64,000 nucleotides of DNA from Chlorokybus atmophyticus (lineage: Eukaryota; Plantae; Mesostigma and Chlorokybus algae), in assembly GCA_009103225.1 (NCBI GenBank), contig RHPI01000277.1, positions 642,074-706,073 on the forward strand, written 5' to 3'. Position 1 is the stretch's first letter. Each line of letters begins with the position of its first letter. Shown piece by piece: positions 37,588 through 47,816 of the stretch. A model generated the notes under the pieces. That model searched no databases, was not told the origin of the DNA, and saw only the letters and a program-made list of their open reading frames with translations. Position numbers and translations under genes: made by a program.

Positions 37588-38857
37588 CATCGCAATATTT
37601 TTCCCCTGCCGGTCGATTAAATATTGGCAACGGCTATGCACCTGAAGATACGTCTTTAGACTGTCGTTGCTCAGTCCACCTGTACTCTCGATACACGTGC
37701 TTGAGTATAACGGCCGTCCCCGGCCGTTTACACAAAGGGACTGACTTGGACGGACAGGTACCTGTCAGTTACATACCCGTTATGCAAAAGGGACTTACCT
37801 AACCAACCGGTACCTGTTAGTTAAATACAGTTAGTGTACCGGTGACTGTACACTAACTCAGTGTGACTAACAGGTACCTCATAGTACCTTTTCCCTACCG
37901 GCCGTTATTGATAGGTACGTTTAAAGGTACCTGTTAGTACCGTCAAGATCATGATTAGATACTCAAGTGCGTGACAAAGAACGGCGACTGAAATAAAAAA
38001 TACAATATATATTGTAAACTATAAAAATACTACAATGTATGCACAATCTGAACTACCTATTGTGAGCTACTACCATTACTACTACCCTAGTCTAAGGCCT
38101 TAATAGAAAGTGGCGCTCCTGCACCGCGCTCTACCTCCGCCGTCGCTCCTTATCCACCGCCGCTCCTGTAAAGCACAAGGCAATTATTCAAGCGCAGTCA
38201 ACATCAACATACACAACCTTCACACTTGCATGCTGTCGCTTACCATGCCGCCGCCGCCGCCGCCGCCGCCTGGCCTGGCTTGACCTGGCATGGCCTGGTT
38301 TGGCTAGGCCTGGCCTAATTTGATATGGCTCGGGTTGCCATGAGACAAGAACGGCAATTAGCTTGCATGCGCATAACAACGTCAGCATACAAGCTCACTT
38401 CCTGAAGGACGTCGCCGCCGCCGCCTCCTCCAAGCGCTCACCTGTTCAACATTTCAAGCCGTTAAGCCTTGGGCTGCCCAAGTCATTCAAACGCTCAACG
38501 CTACAAAAGCACCATCGTACCATTCAAATGGTTATGTCATTACTATTAGTATAGCAATGAAAATTTTGTACCATAAATATGGTACGAATTAATTGCAATG
38601 TACCACCGTCCCGACTTACCGACATTACTCGCCGACACATAGGGACGGGCGGTAACTTGCTTGCATAACGGTTAGGTCGCCGCCGCGTTAAGTGCACGAC
38701 CGGCGATCGGCCTTCACTTAATGTACGCGGTAAGGTCACCGATCGGGATTAAAGGTGACTAGCTTGCCATAGTAGGCAGGCCGTCGCGCATATTTTCCGA
38801 CGGTCAGGGTACGACCGACGGTCGGCCGTCACTGTATGTGACCAAAACGTGGCTTAT
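37588..38857. mobile_element. MITE family A copy 2, interrupted at 38857/38858
   Basis: Starts CATCGCAATATTTTTCCCCTGCCGG and is collinear with 10347-11660. Homology stops at GTGACCAAAACGTG(G/A)CTTAT, equivalent to 11660 of copy 1. Confidence 0.8.
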
Positions 38858-39453
38858 CGTCGCAAGTTTTACACGGTGACTGATTAAGGACTGAGGGACT
38901 GACTGGTGCCTGAGCCTGCCTGAGCCTGCCTGTCGCTGCCTGAAATGTTACTTTTGGACCTCTGGGTTTGCCGTTGGCTTGAGTGGACTGACGCAGATGG
39001 CCGCGGGCCGAATGTGGTTGTCAGCGGCACCAACCGGCCGAGAGTTGTCAACCGGTTACCCTTTGGTCGATGTGCACACACGGCCGTTAGCCGGTAGTTA
39101 CGGGCAGCTAACAGCAATAGCCGGCAGTTTCTTTGCCGTTACACTGCTGTTAATATGTGACCCTTGTCATTTAACAAAAGTTGGCAATTCTTGCCGTAAG
39201 CCAACACCAACATGCCATGCAGCTTGTACAAACCTTGGAGTGATTGTTTGGCTTGCACCTATAAGCCCACAATATATACAATGTACCGGCAGTGGTGAGA
39301 GTATGTCCACTTGCAACTGAGCAGCCGACTTGCGCATGAAATACTACCCTACCCTATAACATTGAGTCTAGCTGTCGCGCTCATGCGCAGCTTGTCAACG
39401 CGTGGTGCCTGCCTCTGAACTGCTCCTCAAACCCCCTCCTCCTGTTCCTCCTC

Positions 39454-40299
39454 CTACAAGTCTTCTGCTTCAACATCGGAGTCATCTTCATCCGCTGCCT
39501 CGCTCGCTGACAGTACAGCGGCTACTTCGTCCTTCAGCTTGAATGTCAGCGCCTTGCCGTGCACGCGCATGCGCTTGATGGTCGCTTTGAGAGTGACCAC
39601 CTGCATTTGGTAATGCTGTAAGAGTGGCGTGCTGCCAGAGGACGAGCTTATCAGCATACACATGCTGACCTCGTCTTCCGCTTTGTTGCACTCCGCCAGG
39701 CAGACAGTCAGCCTGCCGCGCTGCTCTCGGTTCACTCTGACAAACATGGCAATCTGCAAGCGTACTGCTTAATTGCAACGGGAAACATTGAGAAAATTAT
39801 GGATTACCCGTTCGGGGTAGACCGCAGCTTCTCTTTTGCGACTTGTGAGCTCCCGCAAGTAGAAATAGGCTGTGCATTTGTGAGATTGGTCATGATGTTC
39901 ATGTGCATGACACTGGAGGCTGTGCATGAGGGCGTGCACGTGGTATTGACAATATATGTCATGTGCAAGATACTTGAGGCTGTTCATGTGCAAGATAAAA
40001 GAACCCTAGCATGTGGCACTGACAGTGCATCGTAACCCACCTTGGTTATGCCAGTCTTGTTTGGTCCCTTCAATCATGTCGTCGTGGTCGCAGTTGCTGG
40101 TGAGTCGGATGTATTTGAAGGCAGTATTGTGGTGTGCCTTTGCCCACTCGGAGGGGGAGCCCTGTAAGATATCGCCCGAGTTACTGTTGTCATTGGCTGT
40201 GCCCTTAGTAGGCATGGTGGGGTTTGACACCATGGACACCCCACCGGCACCTTGCCCGCCCTGTGCGAACATGAAATTCATCCCGGACCTCGACCACAA
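39454..40299 (-). CDS. Orphan spliced gene of the large element, divergent from the transposase
   Basis: ORFs 40006-40299 (PSEWAKAHHNTAFKYIRL...) and 39454-39759 (coiled-coil-like, acidic tail) have plausible coding composition. No family recognised. Confidence 0.35.
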
Positions 40300-40735
40300 C
40301 GCCCACTACGCCCCTGGCAGCGCCGCCAATGATCCACCAAACGCCACATACCCTCGTTATCACCGCCCTGTAAGGGCAGCTTGGCGGAGCCATTGATGGT
40401 ATTTTCATGCGCAGGGACTGGCATTGCCAGCACCTGTCAATGGTACGAACGGCCATTGCCACTGTACAAAGGTGTCATTGAAGTGGTACCTTTTGGCAAA
40501 GGCATCTTCGTACTATTGAAATGGTTCAATTAGGATATTTGTGCAAACTCACCCCACCCTGGACGTGCAATGACTCGATCATACCATAGCAGTGGTACGA
40601 CGGAGCCGTCACGCCAGTGATTGGCGGCCAAGTTTCCCGCCTATTGCATGCAAGGGTAGCGGCGGCGGTGCGTGTTGCTGGATATGATGATGCAGGTTAC
40701 ATTGGCGACACCTGTATTGATGTCAGTAGTGAGCT

Positions 40736-43700
40736 ATGGGAGTCCTTTGTCCGTATTGCCACATTCGCTTCGCCACACGCTGCTCGGTCTACATGCACAT
40801 TGTTAGCAGCAGAGTGTGCAAGCAAATCAAGTTGTATGTCGGCCAGCGTCCATTACAGTACAATGCGGGTCGTGTTGAACCGGGGAGTTCAATCCAGGAT
40901 GCGCACATGCTTGATGCTGAAGGACCCCTCGAGGAAACACACGCACAGCAGCAACAGGAGAAGGAGGAAGTGAATGAGGGCTTTCGATGTGTGCGTGTGC
41001 CTGAGGAACCTGTGGCACGCCAGCATGAAAGTGGAGGCGTCCCTTTGCACGCATTGGAATCCAGGTGGTATGGCTCAGAGCATGCTCTTGTAGTAGCATT
41101 CATGCAGTGCAACAACGGCCAAGGCCTGTCGGAAGAGCTTCAGTGGGAGACCGGTGTGCATGTGGCTAGCTACCTCCAGAGCACAATTGCTTTCTCCATG
41201 TCTAAGGTGTGTTCACGGTGTGCGGTGCATGTGCTTCAACCATCAGAGCAATGTCACATATGCACATGCGAGTGTGCTGCCGTATCAGAACTACGTGACG
41301 GCTGACATGCGCAAGCCTGGAGACCCTGAGGATCAGGACATCAGCATCACATATATGCCGGCCAAGGTCTGTGAAAAGCAGTATCTAATGCAGTATCTAT
41401 GCAGTATCTAATCTGAGGCCAGCATGCCTATTAATGCTTTGGGTCGGAGCAGGTATGAATTGCGCGGTTGTATGGCAATCCACATGCCGCTAATGGCTTC
41501 AATCTTTAGAATGGTGGTGACGAGCACAGCTTTGGCATCCTTCCACGGGCAAATGGTGGAAGGATGTGGAGGTGGATTTGAGGAGAGAGGTGGGGGAAGC
41601 GTCCTACTTGGCGCCTGCCATCCTGTACAGTGACAAGACCACGCTGGACAGCGCGGGCAAGCGCTCTGGCTACCCTTCAATGGCATCGCTTGCCAACTAC
41701 GGTTGGGACATGTATGCTAGCAACATGGGGGTTTTTATATATGATAGCGCTTCTGCCGTGGTGGTTCACGCAGTGGTCGGGCATCCCACCTGGGCGCAGG
41801 GCAAGGAATCGTTCTCCATTCGAAAACGTGAGATTTTTTAGGACGCTTTGATTGTAGTGTTAGGGGATGTGAAGCGGGCGAGTTGGAAGGTCTGCAGCTC
41901 ATCGACCCGAATGGCATCGAGCGTCGTGTGTTTCCCGCGCTTGTCAACTACATCAGCGACTTGCAGGTAGTGGGCATGCGTGGTTGTAACCGGATGCAGC
42001 CTGCCAGCAAACAGTGCATGGAGGATGTTGTCAGTAGAGCATGTTGTCAGTTAAGTATCTAAGTTTGTCGTGTTGTAGGAGACTGCCACACTCGCACGCA
42101 CTGTGTCGCGCAACCATGCACGACATCCTTGCGATGTTTGTCTCGTCATACAAATCAGATCTGTTGGAGATGGATGAGGACCGGGAATTGAGAACCGAGG
42201 CTTTCTACACACCAGCAATACGTCAGCTGCGGGCGGGCCTGCATAGCGGTGTTCGAAATGCACGCCAGACAGCCAAGGCTTTCAAAGAGCAGCACTCCAT
42301 GCATGTCGAGGAGATAATGGTCAAATTACTGGCATTCGTGAGGATCAATGGCTTTCCATGAAACCAGGCAATGTGGTTTGGCAACAGAATGCATTGTGGG
42401 GTTGGCGACAATCGCGGGTGCCGGGAGCTGACTGCTACTCTCGTCTTGCCCCTGACGCCATGCATGTGCTGGGAGGCATCATTGACCACCTGCTTGCTGA
42501 TGTGTACGACGCTGCAAAAAAACAAATGCGTCAATCCATGAGACAGATTTTGCAGGCCAGGCACGTCTTTGGTGTTGCCTTTGTGTTGAACACAAAAGCC
42601 AACGACACGTACTCACAAGTAGGTGTGCACATGCTGAATGCATGCAAGGTAACTTTACGGGTTTCGCACTTCAAGGCACCCACAAGCATAGTAGACTTCT
42701 TCCTGTCCAACCACTCCTTTCAGGTGGTGGAAAAAGTGGCGGTGCTGCAGCTGCTGCCGGTCCTTGCAGACGGTTTGCTGCTCGACAGTAAGGGCAACGA
42801 TTTCATTAACATTGCTGCCGCATCGCTTGCCCAGTAGAACAAGAAGTTGCTCAAGGCGCATGAACACACAAGCGAGACCCTGACCACAGCCGACAACGAG
42901 CTGGCTGCCTTCAAAGCTGCAGTGTTGCATCCGCTACTGTCGTCATATTCTGCATAAAAGTTAGGTTGGAAGATCGAGAAGATGCATCAGCTCACTCATT
43001 TTGGGCCGGCAATTGTCAGCAGTGGACACCCAAATTGGTTTAGCGCCAACCGCATGGAGCAGACGCACGCCCAAAATATCAAACGGTGGGCGCGTGGTGG
43101 CAACAACCATGACTACTAGGCACGTATCCAAAGGCATGGAGCTGTGGAATATGTGAGGGAGGATGGCATGGTCGTGGATCCCGAGATGCGCTCGGTCATG
43201 GCGCAGGCGCGGCAGGAGTGCTATAATGTAATGGAGAAGACGGACAAGTTGCTACGGATGGATGTGCTGACAAGGAGGGAGTCCCGCCCGTTTTGGAGCG
43301 GATCTGCGCGTAGCCGCCAAGTCGCCCTGAAAACTCCATTTGCCGACAAGCTGCCTGCCACCCGAGACAGCTGGTTGAGGAGGGAACAACTGGAGTTGGC
43401 CGACGGGTGGCGTGCTGTTCGCATGGTGAACGGAGGCACAGCGGTGTATATGACATCAGGAGTCAGCATGGCGCGCGCAACTGGGGTGTTCCATGGGCGG
43501 CCTTGGTTCTCTACACTTGAGTTGGAAGGTGATGAGGGCGGTGTGAACGTGACGTGGTGGGCTCAGGCACTCTTTTTTTGCGCGTGGTGGTGTTGGGTGG
43601 TAGCGGCGAGCGCGTGTGGAAGGAGGTCGTGTTTGTTCGCTGGCACACGAAGCTGGATGTGACGAGCGACACAAAGTGCATTGATCTCGAATGGGAAAAG

Positions 43701-43865
43701 CGTCGAGGGGGTCCACATCTCGATGTCGTGACTCTGGAGCAAGTAAAAGGCATTGTCCAGCTGCTCCCCACGTTTGACAAGAACAGCGCCCGTGTACAAG
43801 AGGGCAAGTTGGGTGAACGTTCACTGCCCTTCCACGTGACACATGTACTTGTCTCACTACTTTGA
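40736..43865 (+). pseudogene. Plavaka-type transposase, spliced and decayed
   Basis: N-terminal CPYC..H..C finger, then STGKWWKDVE..LAPAILYSDKTTLDSAGKRSGYPSMASLANY, LIDPNGIERRVFPALVNYISD, APDAMHVLGGIIDHLL, KIEKMHQLTHFGPAIVSSG..FSANRMEQTH, and C-terminal AQALFF..VFVRW..VKGIVQLLP. Several stops (e.g. 41839, 42835) and frameshifts. Confidence 0.82.
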
Positions 43866-44042
43866 GTTTGGAGCATATCAGTCAGTTAAGCATTGCTAAT
43901 CGTATGCTAAGACTTTTGCATGTGGACGTGTACAATACCGGGCAGCTGTCACTGCACAACTATCACCACGATCGAATGTGCCATGCAACATTCAACAATC
44001 AGTTCGCCGTGTGGCATTAAGCATCAATACAGTGCACCACAC

Positions 44043-45179
44043 TCATGCCTCATAGTTCCATGACACAGGAGGGTAGTCACAGCGCATATTCATTGTTTCA
44101 AGCATGAGACGCCCTATGCACTCCGCCATTGCGGGAGAAACCGCATTCGCTATGGTAACGGCCGAGGTCATCCATGGCACCAGCGCTGTTTGCCACACAG
44201 CAATGCGCCGCCCCTGGTGCTAGACCTGGTACATTTCCTGTGGCGCGTTTGATGTCACGATTGTCTTTTTCGCGCTAGCGGACAGGTGCGGTGATAGCAG
44301 TCCAACTGCCTTGCCCGCGTGCGAGCAGCGTGCTGGAGGGGTAGCTACCACTGGTTGTGTCTTGAACAGACGGTGTCGGAACGCTGATAGGCTAAACATC
44401 GTGCCACAAAGGGACAGATTGGGTCTGAGTGAGGAAGCTGCTCCTGGCACATTCTCAATCATAAACTTGACCTGGCTTGCAAGCAACAGACGTCGGATGA
44501 GCGGTATCATATCCTGGTGTCTCCAGGATGTGCCATGTGCCGCCCGGTGAGGTGCCGGGATAGCACCTGAATAGGCCTGGCATGGTGCACTGGCCCAAAT
44601 GAGCTCGTACTTGCTCAGCTTTCCTGTACTCAGGATGCATACATCGCGGTGTATGAAGGGCAGCGGGTACTCAGAGGAGGGACTTATGTCCATCCCGGTC
44701 ACGTCAACTTAAAAGCCTGCATGGCATAGACCGACACTGGCACCGCCACCGCCGCAGACCAGGTCGAGTGCCCTTGTTCTGCGTGTGCGTCCAAGCTTGT
44801 TGTTAAATGGCGTGTTTGTGGTCAAGGCTGGCCGTGGTGCTGGCCAGGGACTAGCAATGCTGCCGTCTGGGCTTACTTTGCGACTGACGTTCTCCCCTCC
44901 GGCGCGCAGAACATGGCGTGCCTCGTCAACTGATGTGTACGCGAATACGTTGTGCCCTTTGAAGTTGATGGTTTGTGGTCGATCACCGTCATCGAATACT
45001 ATACGGTGCTGGCCTGCAAAGACATTTTCCATTGCACCATGCACATACGATGCGTCCTCACTCTCGCACGCCACGAAACGATGCTGACCTAACGCTTGCT
45101 TGAATGATTCCACAACGCCCGCATACCATTCCCCATCCAGCGGCCAATGCACCATGACACTCGCACCGATCAGCTGCTC
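44043..45179 (-). pseudogene. Tudor domain + C5 cytosine DNA methyltransferase (prokaryote/phage-type), two in-frame stops
   Basis: One reading frame: LIGASVMVHWPLDGEWYAGVVESF..QHRIVFDDGD (Tudor, after removing a 75-nt intron at 45014-45088), motif I RALDLVCGGGGASVG, IV IWASAPCQAYS, VI FMIENVPG, VIII LCGTMFSL..RHRLF, and end WMT..IANAVSPAMAECIGR. TAA at 44709 and TAG at 44220. Confidence 0.85.
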
Positions 45180-45468
45180 GCCAACTTAACTGCGTTCTGT
45201 TGGTATACACACGTGCAAGTGAAACGCCAACAACATCAACACAAGAGCATGACTGCTACTGCCGCCATAGCATCCGCACACATGCTACATCGTGACCTCT
45301 TATCTTCATTGCAACAAGTCTGGGCTTTATACCCCGCCAGTCTCTACACACGTCTACATTGGCAAGCACCGCGTGCGCTACACTCAGCCGATTGCTGTTC
45401 TGTAAGCTACGCTGTCTAGCTCACAACCAGAGCTTTTCAACAAGCTAAGCCACGCCTGCTAAGCTTAC

Positions 45469-46223
45469 GTATCCACGAAGCTACACGATTTCTCCCAAGG
45501 CTCTACCAAGCAGCCTGGTCCGGAGTCCGTCATGACTCGACCGTCATGCTAAGTCTGGAGCCCACGCGCTTCTTCCTGGTACCTTCGACCCTCGACTCCT
45601 GTATGAAGGGCAAGCTGACCGGATACAAGCATCACCCATGTAATACCTTCAACAAGTTCCGCAGCCGATGCAGTGCGCTGTCCAACGGTCGATGGTCTGC
45701 CTCCTCTACAGCGGCCAAGGGATGGAACTGCCCATGCCCACACCGTGGAAGACTGCTCTTAATGCGACAACAGCTTCAACATGCATGAAATAAGCATACG
45801 CCCAACATAGCATGCAATGATACTTCGCGGTCCACTCTGCCAAATTACCTCCACAGCATCCACCACCTGTCCACTAACCACATGTCCCGTTGTTGTCCAT
45901 GTGAAGAAGCGCATGGGTTCCCCTCGCCACTCGAAGCATAAGTGCGAGCACGATTCGCACACGCACTGCACGCAATGGAAAGACTCGTGTTCTTTGCACA
46001 GCACTTGGCCGAGGCGGCAGCCAAACACGTCGACATTGTGTGTGGTGTGATGCCAGCAAGCAGCACTAAAACCGTCGCACACTGACTGCACTCGCTGGCA
46101 TTCAGTCAAGTGTGCTCGCATCTGCTGCCTACGGCCATTGGCACATACGTACACATTGCATTGTGGGCACACCAAGCATGGTCTCTTAGGTGAGGGAGAT
46201 TCAACTGCTGCCGCCGACATCAT
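45469..46223 (-). pseudogene. Cys/His-rich upstream exons, probable 5' part of the Tudor-MTase gene
   Basis: ATG at 46223, CPQC..MRAHLTEC finger, CKEH..HCVQCVCESC cluster, and a GTAAG donor at 45468. Linkage to the Tudor exon is inferred. Confidence 0.4.
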
Positions 46224-46354
46224 GCAAAATAGGGATCGGCACGGCTGCCCACAAACTGAGCAAGACTTTAGGGTATGGGCATTAACTTAGGGTTGCCTGC
46301 TTACGAACCCTAAATGGGTCAAACTTCAAGTGAAGCACGACTGTACCATGGACG

Positions 46355-47720
46355 CTATTGCAAACCCATGCATGGTACTGCATCAACATGAATGGTACTC
46401 CATCTATTGATGGTACTACAGTACAAGGATACTCGCATACTACCACGATCGTAGAGTAATGCTGTGCTGTCTTTCCTATGGAACCCAGAGCGCTGTCCGA
46501 GTTTGTTGCTGTCAACCATGCTCTGCACCAGCGAGGTATGCAAGCCATGCACTGACTCATGCGCCGGGCAGTCATCATACACATGTACAGCCAATGCTTC
46601 TGACAACAGCAGATCTCGGGTGCACCATGCACCATGCTGCAACCATACATGTACCTACATGGTTCACAGGAAGCCAACACAAAACTGCAATACATGCACA
46701 ATTGTCATCAAGGCGGGGGCCAAATCACCGCCGACACGTTGGCGTCTTGCATCAGGCATGGCGACCAAAACGGGTGAGGTTGCTTGCAGAAGGACACGCT
46801 TGTAGATTTGTTGATTTATTTGCCACGGTCTTCTAATGTGCTATAATGCAGACATGGCACATCGCTTTCTTGCAACAGGGCGTCTCCCCATCTGCTTTGG
46901 GGGGGGTGGCTCTTCAATGCAACAAATCAGCACACATGGTGCAAGCGGGTGTGCAAGCTGCCTCTGCCACCAAACTCTGTTATTGCGTTGCAGGCGTAGC
47001 GACTCCCATCTGAATGGCGCAGCATAACGCTCCACTGCCTGCTCGATCACCTATTGCCCATCTGCCGCCATACACCACCTGCTGGTCTTGGTGGTCTCGT
47101 CCAGCATGCGTGCATCCAGGCCCTCGACATGGCTATCGTCACCCGTGTACTCCCCCGCATCGCCATTTTCTTCGAGCTTCCACAGAATCAGCTCAACGTG
47201 CCGTATGACATACAGCCACTGCCAGCCAAAGCATGCCAAGTACAGCTCGAATGGTTTTACTTGCCACCCAGTATGTTCGCTCAGGTAGTAGGCACACATC
47301 TCGACCAGCATCAGTCGACATCAGCAGGTACATATACTGCAGCAGGTCGAAGTTCTGATCCGCGGATAGCTCAGGCACATTGCCAGGTTGCTGCGGCAGC
47401 AACAACACCATCATATCGAGGACGGCGAGGGGCCACAACGTAGTACGGATGGCCAAATCGTGTATGGGTTCCAACCATGGCCAATCCCCAGAGGTCTGTT
47501 TAGACCGCACTCTCCACGTTTGCTCCCACTTATTGCATGCTTTCGTCACCCACCTCGAGGCATGCCGCATGCGGTGATGCAGCGCGTGTTGGGCGTATTG
47601 TAGGGCGATCAACTCTTGTGCACTACGAGTCAGCCTCTCAAAGCGTCTGCGCGTCGGTGCTTTGAGCTTAGGCAGCTCGTGCCGCACCGACTGTCTCTCT
47701 GGACGATGCTGAGCAGCCAC
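46355..47720 (-). pseudogene. IS630/Tc1-like transposase remnant
   Basis: HTH-like ASRWVTKACNKWEQTWR and LSADQNFDLLQY..MLVEM..YLSEHTGWQV, first-Asp-like MLDETTKTSRW..ADGQ, and second-Asp-like VHVYDDCPAH. Frameshifts and stops; no TIRs found. Confidence 0.5.
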
Positions 47721-47816
47721 TTGACGCTGTAAACCCGCCTGTGCCTACTCAGGACACACAGTCAGCCCCAGTGAGGCTTCAAGGCGATGTGCTTCTTCTA
47801 ACGTTATAACGATGCC

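Noticed and set aside
38872-38890. CACGG (Chapaev/CACTA-like) as the true terminus of the large element
   Set aside because: Homology with the MITE end extends 14 bp further out to CGTCGCAA, and only that boundary gives matching AT flanks. The CCGTG near 51025 does not match the terminus.
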